Assembly (NCBI GenBank): GCA_016618085.1
Contig: JABLTG010000135.1
Span: 1-55,774 of the forward strand
DNA length: 55,774 nt
Direction: 5' to 3'
From: Neovahlkampfia damariscottae
Taxonomy: Eukaryota
A model generated the notes under the pieces. That model was not told the DNA's origin. It worked only from the letters and a program-made list of their open reading frames with translations, and searched no databases. Made by a program: the position numbers and the translations under genes. This document shows positions 11,895 through 23,954 of the stretch, in pieces (the stretch's first letter is position 1; each line of letters begins with the position of its first letter).

Positions 11895-12191
11895 ATGAGT
11901 TACGTGGCTAGTTACAGAGATGTTGTTTTAGCAAAAGCATCTGAAGAAGAAATTCAAGTTGTAGAAGGTAATATATATTTTCCAAAATCATCTTTGAACA
12001 CAAAATACTTAAGACCTTCCTCCACAACATCTTTTTGTGGTTGGAAAGGTATCGCAAATTATTTTGATGCCAAAATTGATGAAGATGGTGTTAAAGACTG
12101 TTGTTGGACCTACTTGGATCCAAAATCAGAAGCAAAACATATTCAAGGATTTGGTGCTTTCTGGAAAGGAGTGAAAGTCGAAAAAAAATAA
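11895..12191 (+). CDS. DUF427 family protein
   Basis: VEGNIYFP...STTSFCGWKGIANYF...CWTYLDPK...AFWKGVKVE is the typical DUF427 pattern; intronless. Confidence 0.88.
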   Translation: MSYVASYRDVVLAKASEEEIQVVEGNIYFPKSSLNTKYLRPSSTTSFCGWKGIANYFDAKIDEDGVKDCCWTYLDPKSEAKHIQGFGAFWKGVKVEKK

Positions 12192-12575
12192 TAAGACTCC
12201 AGTATAATTAGACATGTTATTAGAATAAACCTTTGGTTTTCAACTTTAAGTGTAGCATTCCAAATAAGTGGTGTTACTCCACCAAATCATGTTACAAGTT
12301 GTCAAAGTCAATTTCGATCAATTTTACAATATTGATACCATCATAAAATTGAAATGGAACTTTATTTGTTCTTTTTCTGGTTTCATTCTTGAATACTTCT
12401 TTGATTTCTTCTTTTTTTTCGACCTTTTCTTCGAATTTTTTTCATCAGATAAGCATTCTTCAGTTTCTTGTTCTGTTTTTAATCCAGCGAATTCTAACTG
12501 TATTTTTTCTTTTTTATCAGTCAAGCATTAGGTTTATTAGGGTAAATGATCTATGCTCATGATTGGTCCGAAAAA

Positions 12576-13135
12576 CGGCCAATGAATTGATGGTTATTGT
12601 GATAAAAGTGGCCAATTAGATTTAATTTTGCCAGTTATTTTTAGAATTTTTACTTGAAGTTGTTCAACTAGAAAATACTGAAAAAGATCTCAAATGATGA
12701 AATTTTGATTTCAAAATTTCCAGTCAAAGGAATGATTAAAAAATGGGAAAGAAAAATTCATAGTACAACAGTGAGAAAAATGCTTCATTGGTCTCATTTT
12801 CAATTTTGTCAAACACTAAAATATCTTGCTCAAAAAGATTCTGTTCAAGTACATGAAGTTTCAGAACATTATACCAGTTGTACATGTGGATCATGTGGAA
12901 AAATAGATTGGAAACTTGGAAAAAAAGATCATTTCAATTGTAAATATTGTAATTTTTCTCTTCCAAGAGATTATAATGGAGCAAGAAATATATTTCTGAT
13001 GAATATACAAAATTTTATTGGAAATCCAAAAACTGCCAGTACTGCTGGCGATGGTCCTATCCCGAAAGAAACCTTGATTTTAATGTCTGGTCTGATTAAT
13101 CAGAATGAACGGAAAAGTCAGTTTTAAGATAGCGG
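12576..13135 (+). mobile_element. Fanzor2/IS607-like element, copy B: internally deleted ~560-bp non-autonomous derivative
   Basis: 12601-12693 is identical to 55266-55358 (left end), then joins directly to the RuvC-II region. CGG occurs at both inferred ends (12576-78, 13133-35). Each end is uncertain by a few nt. Confidence 0.85.
12693..13127 (+). pseudogene. Fanzor2 C-terminal fragment (RuvC-II, zinc finger, RuvC-III)
   Basis: NDEILISKFPVKGM...MLHWSHFQF...VSEHYTSCTCGSCG...FNCKYC...RDYNGARNIFL. No RuvC-I and no native start. Confidence 0.9.
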
Positions 13136-13155
13136 ATAGTAAAAATTGGAGTCTT
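13030..13155 (+). ncRNA. Putative Fanzor omegaRNA scaffold (to ~13135) plus flank-derived guide
   Basis: Lies between RuvC-III and the right end. Hairpins GCCAG/CTGGC (13035-49) and TCTGATTAATCAGA (13091-104). CTATC(C) at 13057-62 is complementary to GATAG at 13128-32 or GGATAG at 13134-39. Boundaries are inferred. Confidence 0.6.
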
Positions 13156-13199
13156 AATATAAAAAACAACAAAACATTAAAAACAAAAATATTTATCTT

Positions 13200-14526
13200 T
13201 TACATAATAAATGCCTTTTTTAATTGATCAAAATTATATCTATCATTTGACCTTGGATCTTTAACAATACCATCATTTTTTAATGACATCTCTCTCATTG
13301 CTTTCCAAGAATAAACATTACCATTTGGAAGTACCATAGGTGGATTGTTTGTGTCCATTTTTAAACCTGTTATTCTACAAATTAATTTTGAATTTGAAAA
13401 ATGAGCAAAAGGTAAATCTTTAGCTAATTCTTGAAATCTTGGATCACATAAAGGATCATTTACGTTATAATTATCTTCTTCATAAGGCATACTAAATTCA
13501 ATTTAAATTTTAATTTTAATTTTTTACGGTGTTTTTAGAGAAGTCAAACCGACTTGAAGTAAAATATTTAATTTTGAATTTGAAGTTAATCCATAAATTA
13601 AATATAAATTTGATTTGAATTCTTTAATTAATTCATTCCAATTTTCTAAAGAAAATAATTCCTGAAATTATTAGAATTATTTTTTTATTACTTTATAAGG
13701 ATCAAGTTCGGTATTTTTTCCGAAAGCTAATAATGCCATTGCTCTTTGAATTTTATCAATATTTTCTTTTTGATTTGAAAAGTATTTTCTTGAATATAAA
13801 ATAGCTTCTTTCTTTTTATCTTCTCTTATCAATTCAATAAACTCTTTTAAGAATTAAATTTAAAAATTTGTTTCATACCTTGTAGATTTAAATGAAATTC
13901 AAATGTAGAATTTAATTTTTTCAATCTAGATTTATTCTCAGAACACCATCCTTATAAAGTTTTAATTTTTTTTTTTTTTTTTCGAACCTAATGCTACTTT
14001 ACAAGAGTGTTTTTGTAAATCATCTATAATTGATTTTGAACTTAAAAATACTTCTATATCAACAAAGTCTTCAATATCTTTTTCTTTTGCTAATGCTTTG
14101 GCTGTTTCAAAATGACCTTGTCTTAATAAATGTTCAATAAAAGTTCGATCAACTCTAGTTTGATTAAAACTACGAACATTTGTTGGATTTTTTGAATCAT
14201 AAGATGATAAATATTCTAATCTTTTTCTACAAATAGAAATATTCTTTTCTTCTTCCACGTCTGTTTCTGCTAACTTTCAAGAAGTTTTAATTTTTTTTTT
14301 TTTTTTTTACTTTTCTTTTTATTCCTTTTAATTTATTTGAAATTTTATCAAATAATTTCATTCCATCAACTTCATTCAAATTTTTTTTTGATGAATCTTT
14401 TAAAACTTTTTCAATGATAGCCAAATCTTTTTCTATTGATTTTTGAGAAGATCTGAATGTTTTATTTAATTGTTCATATGGTGCTTTAACAAATGGTAAT
14501 TCACTACTTTCTATTATTTTATCCAT
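13200..14526 (-). CDS. MAEA: CTLH/GID E3 ligase subunit MAEA (Gid9/Fyv10)
   Basis: ELPFVKAPYEQLNKTFR, LisH (EHLLRQGHFETAKALA), C-terminal LPFAHFSNSKLICRITG...PPMVLPNGNVY; multi-exon. Confidence 0.9.
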
Positions 14527-14602
14527 TCCTTCCACTACCTTTGTACAAGAAGTAAGAAAAAAAAAACAACCAATAATAAAATGAAAAATCTATAAATAAA
14601 AT

Positions 14603-16336
14603 TTATTTAAATGTTGGCATTGTTGTTGTAAGAAGTGATGATTCATCTTTCCATTGAGCTGTAATTGTTTTAATTTGAGTATAAAATTGAACACCAGTTT
14701 TTCCATAAAAGTTAAGGTCTCCTCTAATTGAAGCTCTTGATCCAGTAAATGAAAAGAATGGTAATGGAACTGGAATTGGTAAATTGATACCAATTTGACC
14801 AACATCAATTTCAGTTTGGAATTTTCTTGCAGCTGATCCTGATCTTGTAAAGATAGCAGTACCTTTAAAAATGAAAATTAAAAAAATAAAAAAAAAAAAA
14901 CGAACCATTTCCGTATGGATTTGCATTAATTGTTTTAATTGCATCATCTAAATTATCTTCTTCCATACAAATTAAAACAGGTCCAAAGACTTCTTCTTTA
15001 TAAATTTTCATATGTGGTTTAACTCCAGTTACAATTGTAGGTCCAATAAAGTTACCTGATTCATATCCTTTTACAACACAATCACTTCCATCAAGAATGA
15101 CATTTGCACCTTCATCTTTTGCAGATTGAATTAAATCTAAGATTCTCTTTTTAGCATCTTTTGAAATAACAGGACCAATATCTGGGTTATTTACACCTGC
15201 TCCAACTGTTAATTTTTGTGCTTTTTCTTTAATATCATTAACCCATTCTTTTGCATCACCAACAAACACACAAGTTGTTAAAGCCATACATCTTTGACCA
15301 GCAGCACCAAATGCAGCAGCTGTTAATTGATTTGTAGCATCTTCTTTATTTGCATCTGGTAAAATACAAGCATGATTTTTAGCACCAAGATTTGCTTGAA
15401 CTCTTTTTCCGTTTGCAGTTCCTTTTGCAAAGATATATTCTCCTGCTTGATTTCCACCAACAAATGAAATTGCTTTGATATGTGGATTTTCACACATAAA
15501 GTTAACTGTATCATGTTTTCCATGAATAACGTTAACAACACCATCTGGAACTCCAGCTTCTGTTGCTAATTCAGCTAACATAACACCACAAGTTGGATCA
15601 ACTTCTGATGGTTTCATAACCATTGTATTACCACAAGTAATAGCCATTGGAAACATCCATCTATAAATTTAAAAAAAAAAAAAAAAAAAAAGTTACAATG
15701 GAACCATAGCTGGAAAATTGAATGGACAAATACCAGCTGTAACACCTAATGGTTGTCTAAAACTATATAAATCAATGTTCTTTGAAACACTTTGCATGAA
15801 TTCACCAAGTTGAAGAGTTGGCATACTTGCTGAATGTTCAACAACTTCTAATCCTCTGAAAATACTTCCTTCTGCATCTTTTAATGTTTTTCCTTGTTCT
15901 TCACAAATCATTTGAGCTAATGCTGGCTTTAAGAGGTTATTATGTATGAATTGGAATTACTGTGTTATCAACAATTAATTGTTGTAATTTAAACATTCTT
16001 CTTGCTCTGTTTGAGACTGAAATATCTCTCCATGAAAGAAAAGCTTCATATGAGTTTTGTGCAGCCAAATTCATTTCTTCTTGTGTACTTTGTGGAACGT
16101 GAGCAACAACTTCATTTGTAGCCTTTTGGTTTTTAGTTTTTCTTCTTTCTTACAGGGTTGATGACGTCATACCAAATATCACTTTTAGATTCAACTGTTT
16201 TTCCGTTGATAAAATTTGGAACTTTTCTCTGCAGAAAAAAATTTAGAAATTAAAATTTTACCACTCCAAGAAGGTTTTTGTTTGTGTGGAATTGGTTGTA
16301 ATTTTTTGTTGAGTTTTTGAGGATTTTTTTGAACAT
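14603..16336 (-). CDS. ALDH6A1: Methylmalonate-semialdehyde dehydrogenase, mitochondrial
   Basis: [61 protein letters not shown]-terminal transit-like peptide. Confidence 0.96.
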
Positions 16337-16505
16337 TTTCTCAGTCCAATCAGTGTTAACGAATTTGATGATTGGTCAACGTGTTTTAAAAAAAATGGAT
16401 TGTTTTATTTCTATGTTTTTTTTCAAGAATTTACAAGAAAATTCCGACTTGATAAGAATACAACCATGATGGGATTTCATTGGTCGGAAAATAACCAACT
16501 TCGTC

Positions 16506-17149
16506 ATGACCTATGCAGTGGCCGAGGCCGTTGAAGAGGTGATAATCAGTAAAATAGTTAAAAACACTAACTTAATAAGACATGAATAAAGAAGAGTTCA
16601 TTTTTCTTCAAACACAAGAAGATTTTTTGAAACATATAGCTCCTTATGTTTCATTGGAAGAAGTCCAGATGGTTCGTTCTGAAAAGAAAGAAGAAAACAA
16701 CAAACAAATTATTGAAATATGCTTACACCAATTTCCAGATGAAAAAAAATCTTCTGGACATAAATATGTCAAAAATTATTTGAATGTGGAAAAATTAAAA
16801 TATGAAGTTGTACAAAAAATAAATTTAAAAGAGTGTTCGTTCACATTTGATCTTACACCACCAGTAAAATTAATATTAATTTTAATTTTTTTTCTTTAGA
16901 TGATGCAAGATTATGTTGAAATTTTTGGAGATTGTAAAGCATATGATCACGAAGATGGAAAATGTAAAATATTATTTAAAACTTGTTTATGGTAAGTTTT
17001 ATATTTATTCACATCAATTTTGAAGTTTAAAATTTTTTGGTGGTGGAGTCATTGGAAGATTGATCATTGGACAATTTGTTGGAGGATTTGTTGATTATCC
17101 TGAAGCTGTTGAGTCATGGAAAAAATTACAAAATTTAGATATTGATTAA
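16506..17149 (+). CDS. Hypothetical protein (possible START/SRPBCC-like fold)
   Basis: Four short exons with GT-AG introns; ends ...GGVIGRLIIGQFVGGFVDYPEAVESWKK. The fold is a guess. Confidence 0.45.
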
Positions 17150-17165
17150 ATGAATTTAAAATGAA

Positions 17166-20100
17166 TTATTTATTTTTTCTTCTAAAAATGCCAAGCATTT
17201 CACAACAATTGATTACTTTTTCTGAAACATAACCTTTAAATATTTTAGGAATGAAGAATAACTCAAATTCTTTTTTGACAAACACAAAACCTCTATTACT
17301 TTCAGACAAACGATCTGAAGCTATTTTAACATTTTTCGAAGAAATTGGTCCAATTCCAAATAAGATATCATTAGGCTGAAGCGCAAATGATTTTAAATTC
17401 ACAGTGAGATCAATGGTAATTTTTTCAAAGTTTTTCAATTGATTTTCTACTGTTTTCATAACTTCTATAGAATAATCAGATTCACCAAAGATTTCAATAT
17501 TTTCAACTAAATTATCTAGATTGAATAATTCACCTTTCCAAACAATAATTCTTGAATTTATGGCATCTTTTATGTCATCACCATTCATAATTTTATCTAA
17601 AATAGAATTATCATCTAATTTTTCATCAATATTGATTCTATGAATATTTTCAACCACTGGTTCTAATTTTGGCTGAGGTTTAGAATCTGATATGGATGAA
17701 AGTAAATCTTCCAAGAAATCAATTTCATCATCATTATGGCTACTACTTTCTTGTGTATCAGGAATGGTATTTCCATTGGTTGAATATTGATCTAATACAG
17801 AAGGTTCTGACTTTACTTTCTTGTTGATTGTTGAATCTTCATCTTCTCTTTCTCTTTTATTGGCAATATAGTTTTTGAAAATATCAGGTTCTTCATCACT
17901 TTTTTCCTCTTCTTCTCTTTCTTGTCCCCAATCTCTTCCAATATCATGTGGGTAAGAAAGTGGTTGCTTTGAAGGTGGTTTTGATGTTGATAGACTTTCT
18001 TTATTTCTATTTGATAAATCATTGTTTCTATAATCCTTGGCATGATAATCTTTGATTCTATGATCTTTAGAGTGATATGAACTTTTTCCATGATCAACTG
18101 GACGATAATCTGATCTGTTATTTGATATTTTCTCATAACGTGATCCACTTGATCGATCATCTTTGTATCTTTCTCTACTTAGGCTTCTATTTTCTCTGTA
18201 TTTTTCTTTACTAGAATATTTGAAGTCATCCTGATACCTGTCTTTACTATTTCTATCTGATTTATTTTCATATCTATCACGAGATGAACTCCTTGAATTT
18301 CTTCTTTCAACTCCAGATCTATGAGTATCATTTGTAGGAACAGATTTAGAATTTTTGTTTGATTTTGTGTTTTTAGCAAAAAACTCAGAGAATTGTTCGA
18401 TTGATGATTTTGATTTTTCAGTTTCACTTAAACTCCTTTGCTTTTCATTCACTGTTGGTTTTTGTTTTGCAATATCTTGATATTCGTTCTTTCCCCAATT
18501 TCCAAAATCTATGTCATTATTTTCATCAGGAATTTGAGATTTATCTGTTATAGAATTTGAACCCCAGTTTCCATAGTCATCTTTGGGTGTTGGAGCTATT
18601 TTATTGGTTAATGATGTTTTATATGCCTCATTTGATTGCCCTGAACCCCCATTCCAAAAAAATTCGTTCAAAACTTGAGATGATGAACCTGAGCTCCAAC
18701 TTAAAGAATCAAGCTGAGGTTTTTTTTTGTCTTGAGCTATTTCATTTTTCTGAAAAATTGAGTTTTCTTTTATTTGAATATCAATTTTTGCAGTTTCAAG
18801 GATTGAACCAATTTCAGAACGATAATTCTTTTTCATATCTTCTTCTTGTTCCTCTGAATACTTTCTTTTGATTGAATCCTCTTTCAAAAGTAAAGTTTCA
18901 CCATCTATGTCAACATTATAATAACTTAAGAAAGTAAGAATATCTTCATTATTTGCTTTGATAAAATCTATTTGGTATTCATTCAATTTATCCGAAATAT
19001 CTTTAAGATTTACTGGAATATCTTTGAATGCATCAATCAAAATTTGCATAATGTGATCTTCTGCTTCTCTAATTGAAGTATAGCACACAAATCCTTCAAT
19101 TTTTTTTAACAATGATTTTTGACTCTTATTGTTTGACTGATGTTTTTTTCCATGTAATTTTGTACACATATAATCATTGCATCCTTTAGTTGAAAAATAT
19201 GCCATACATGGTTCATCAGATTTTATTATTTTTGGGAAATCTTCTTCTATTTTTCTATCAGAATAAAATGTGTGAACTCTTGATATATTTGATGATTTTG
19301 CAAAAGCGACTCTTTTACGGTTCGGTTGAATTGCTGTATTTGAAGGGCTATTGGGAAAACTTTGAAAATTTGGTTTTTTGTTTGGAAATGAATTGTTGAA
19401 TTTTGGTGTTGAGTTAAATGCATCTTTGTTCCACATTGACGACACTGAAACATTTTCTTTTTTTTTTAAATCAAATTTTGGAATTTCTTCTTCTTCATTA
19501 TCATCATCAAAAATAACACTTTTTTTCACCAGGTTTGTTTTCTTCGGAATTTTTGGAAAACTTCCGAGTTTTGTTGGACTATATTGAGAATTAAAATAAT
19601 AAAAAATAAACCTTTTGATTTCTGTAGGAGTTGTTGGACTTTTAAATTTCTTTGATTTTTTTAAAGGTGATGAAACAGTTTTCAATATTTCATCTTTTAT
19701 AATATTTACATTTGGTGTTCTTTTTTCTTCTAATTTCATTTTTGATTTTTGATTCAATTCAATTTTTAAATCTGGTTTAACTTTTTTTATTGATGATGAA
19801 TTCTTTTGAGATAAATCTCTTAAATTGAAACCTTTTGTTTGTTGTATTTCTCTTGATAAATTATTTATATCATTTAGGTGTTTTTTTTTCATCTCTTTTT
19901 CATAACTAAAAACTAAATGATCTAAAGAACGTATAAGAGGTAAACATTGTTTTTCAAAATTCGAAATTGGTTCCCTGTGTGAATATAAATAATAAAAGAA
20001 AATTACCAACTAGTAATTTTAGGTTCAATGAACAAAAAAAAAGAACTTACGATAATTCATCATAACCTTGCCATTTAACTAAATATTCTATTCTTCCTTG

Positions 20101-20558
20101 AGAATATCTTTTTCTGACTATATCTTCGACAGTATAAATCTCTTCTTCGCCAGAATTCTTAGTATTTTCTTCATCAGAACTATCAGAATCTTCAGAAGAA
20201 GAAGAAGAAGAAGAACTATACTCTGAAGAAGAATCATCAGTATTCTTTGGAGTTTCATTCACTTCGTTGTCATCGTCATCAACAATAAAACCATTGAACT
20301 GCGCATATTCGTCCTTGAATAATTTATTTTTAATAAAACGATTCTCACTTTTACTGTAGTATTTTTATTTTCTTTATTATATTTCGTTGTTCGGTTACCA
20401 AACCAACTTTCAAGTTTGTCAACTGGAGCATTTAATCTTTTTGCTAATTTTTTTCGCTCTTCTGGAGGTGGTCTCTTTAATGTTTTTTGGAATATTTCTT
20501 CAAGGATGGATTTTTGTTCTTCGCTCCAAATCCACCTTTCTGATGCTTTTTTTTCCAT
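17166..20558 (-). CDS. Homeodomain + chromodomain + CCCH zinc finger protein with possible C-terminal SPOC-like domain
   Basis: Homeodomain (WSEEQKSILE...LESWFGNR) splices in frame to a chromodomain (YTVEDIVRKR...EYLVKWQGY-DELS-W-EP), then the 947-aa ORF with CMAYFSTKGCNDYMCTKLH, an RS-rich tract, and IVWKGEL...LFFIP. Confidence 0.75.
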
Positions 20559-21213
20559 TTTTTGTTTTTAATTTTGATTTTACTGTGATTGGTGGAATTG
20601 AAGCAAAAATTCTCAAATCAGAAATTTAAAATACGCTCAAAAATGCCTGACCATAGAAGTTAAAAACATGTTTTATCTCAAAAAAGAATGTTATTCTTAA
20701 GAATTTTATCAGGAAATAATAACAAATTAATGAAGAGTCAAGTTGTTCATTTGGATTCAAAAAATGAGTAAATTCATTTTTTCACTTTCTAACATTCAAA
20801 CAGATAGTCTGGTGAGTAAATAGAGAAAATATGGTCAAAGAGTATTTCTTATGGTTTAAATGTGCTCATGTATGGTCATTATTCAAAATACATTTCATGT
20901 CGGAGAAAAAAATCATTTATTCATGCTTTTTCAAGCAAAATAACCTTCTAAATAGATAAATTCTATAGAGATGGACCTTCAAACACCAAAACGGACTCAT
21001 TTCAACCGAATTTTTAACTAGCAAATTCATTGCCTTGATTTGGTCGACCGAATTTAGAATCCCTAAAATAGGAAATTTGTTAACTCATTTTGGACACTTT
21101 TTGTCCGAAAAAATTCCCCCACCAAAAAAAAGATCCCAATTAGGAATTTTCATAACCCAAAAAAGCATTTTTTTTTATTTTAATTTTCTGATCTTCTCCG
21201 ATTGGACAACACC

Positions 21214-23862
21214 ATGCCTTTACACTCAGCAGAAACAGTGTTGATAGTCGACTATGACAGATTAAATCGAAACAATATGGAGAAAACTCTCCAAAAATCA
21301 TCCTACAATGGTAAGGAAATTAAAAAGAAAACCTAATGTAAAACAGTACGAACATCTGGCTCAACAAAAGAAGCACTTGAATTCGTTATGAAAGAAAACA
21401 TCTCTTTAGTAATCATTGATTGTTTTATGAAAGATATGGACGGTTTCACTTTTTTAAAAGTTTTGAAACAAGCTAGCCATACTCAAATTCCTGTAATTTG
21501 TAAGCAACTTTTATTTTTTTGAATTTTTTTAAAAATAAGTGATGTCAGATGAAGATGACCAAAGTATTATTTCAAAAGCCTTTGAAGTTGGAGCTGATGA
21601 TTACTTTTCCAAACCGATAAAAAGTGAACTCATTTTAAAAAGAATTAAAACTCACTTAAACATAAAATATCGAAAAGTTAGAGAAAAGTACTTAGAAGTT
21701 CTTTTAAAAGAAGAAAAGTCACACGGTTAGAACTTTAATATTTTTTAATTTTTTTTTCCAAAATAGGTGTAAAACTTTATCAAAAAATTGAAGAAATGCA
21801 CTCTTTAAAACAAATTGTTACAGAAAAAATCGAAACACCAATGAGTGAAGTAATGGATTCAATTCAAGAATTAATGGGTGGAAATTATGGAAAAGAACAA
21901 TATAAAACAGCACTTTCAAAAATATTAAAATCATTATCATCAAGCAATTTATATAAACCAGCATTTGTAGATATTGAATTAGAAGAAGAAATGGAAGAAG
22001 AAACAAGAGATTGGTTATCATCACAATTTACAACGGATGAAAAAAGTATAATGAAAACAAGAAGAACAAGTTTACCAAAGATTACCAAACAAATTTCTAA
22101 AGTTTTAACTAAAATACCATTTGATTTAAAGAAATATACACCTTCAATTGATTTAAAAAAATTAAGTTTTGATGCGACATCATTTTCAAGAACTGAATTA
22201 AAAAAAATGGTTTGTTGGATGTTTAAAGAATTGAACTTTTTTTCAAATTATAAATTAAATGAACATAAATTTTGGACAATGATGTGTTTATTAGAAGAAA
22301 ATTATAAAGATAATATTTATCATAATTTTATGCATGCATGTGATGTAACTCAATATATTTTTATGATAATTACCAATGAAAAAGTATCTGGATTTTTAAG
22401 AGATTTTGATAAATTTACATTAATGGTAGCAGCATTATTTCATGATATAAATCATCCTGGATTAAATAATATTTATTTAATAAATGCAAGAGATGATTTA
22501 GCATTAGTATATAATGATATTTCAGTTTTAGAAAATTTTCATGCTCATGAAGCTTTTCAAATATTATCCAATGAAACTACATCAATTATTGAAAATTTAA
22601 AAGATGAAGATTATCAAGTTTTTAGAAAGAATTTTATTAAAGTTATACTTTCAACTGATATGTCACAACATTTTACAATTGTTACAAAATTTCAAACAAG
22701 AATTGAATCATCACCTTTAAAAAAAGATAATGAAGAAGATAGAATTGATTTAATGAAAATTATAATGAAATGTGCTGATATTTCAAATATTTCAAGACCT
22801 TTTAATATTGCAAAAAAATGGGGAAAACATTGTGTTAATGAATTTTTTGTTCAAGGTGATTTAGAAAAAGAAAAATCATTACCAATTGGTGTTTTAAATG
22901 ATAGAAATAATTTAAATTTTCCAAAATCACAAGTTGGTTTTGTTGATTTTGTTGCTGGAACTTTATTTAGAAATTTATTAATGGCATTTCCAGATTTAAA
23001 AGAAATTTATGATACCATTGAAGAAAATAAATCACATTATAAATTCTTAATTGAATCAGGTTTTATTTCAATTAAAGATGATTTTGATCCAACAAATGTT
23101 GAAAGTATAAATGAAATTAAAAAACAAAATGAAATTAAAAAAGAAGAAAAATTAAATGAAATTAAAAAAGAAGAAAAAGAAGCATTAAAAAAAATTGAAA
23201 TTCAAAAAGAATTTGATTTAAAAGAAATTCAACTTTTTAAATCAAAATTTAAATCTTTTATTTTTAATTTTTATTTAAAAAATTCAAGATCTCCTTTTAT
23301 TGAAGAAATTAAATCTCAATTTAAAAATTTAAATGAAAAACAAATTTTAAATCAAATTGAATCAAAAAAGAATATTTTAATTTTTGATCATTTATTTCAA
23401 CAAATTTTAATTTCATTACCTTTTTCACATTTTCCAACTCAAAATAAGGTTAAATTTGAAAATATTGAATGTTATACTTTATCCGTTTTTGATTCAATTG
23501 GTTCATTTTTTATTGATCAATCAAATAAACCAGTAGAAATTACAACAATTGATTTTGAAACAAAACAAAAAGTTAAATTTAAAATTGATGAAAAGGATCA
23601 AATTATTTCTGAAAATAATCATTTGAATTTTTATTTAAATATTCCTTTCAAAAGATGGTTCGATAGCCCAATTCATAAAGATTGTATTGTTACTTCAACA
23701 AAAGATTTATCAAATGATTTGAAAAAATTAGATACAACTCAACTTTTAGGTTTAGCAAAACTCTTTTATTCAAACTATTTGAACGATGATTTTAAGTTCC
23801 CAAATCAAAAGGAATTAAATCAAAAATTAAATGAATTAGATTTATCTGATTTACAAGTTTAA
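21214..23862 (+). CDS. Response-regulator receiver + class I cyclic nucleotide phosphodiesterase (RegA-like architecture)
   Basis: REC domain (LVIIDCFMKDMDG...GADDYFSKP); PDE motifs YHNFMHACDV, HDINHPG, LENFH, TDMSQH, KCADISN. Confidence 0.88.
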
Positions 23863-23954
23863 ATAAAAATTTGTCATTTTATTCAATTCAAAAAAAAATA
23901 CATTTTATTCATTGGCTTATTTTTTATGAGAAGAAAATAAACAGTGGAGATCAA

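Noticed and set aside
12190..12210. Off-site target of the copy B guide
   Set aside because: Only the distal TGGAGTCTTA matches; no seed match and no adjacent CGG.
23109..23180. AATGAAATTAAAAAA repeats (and similar repeats at 27640-27780)
   Set aside because: Low-complexity coding repeats (NEIKK; KPLIP), not a CRISPR-like or guide array.
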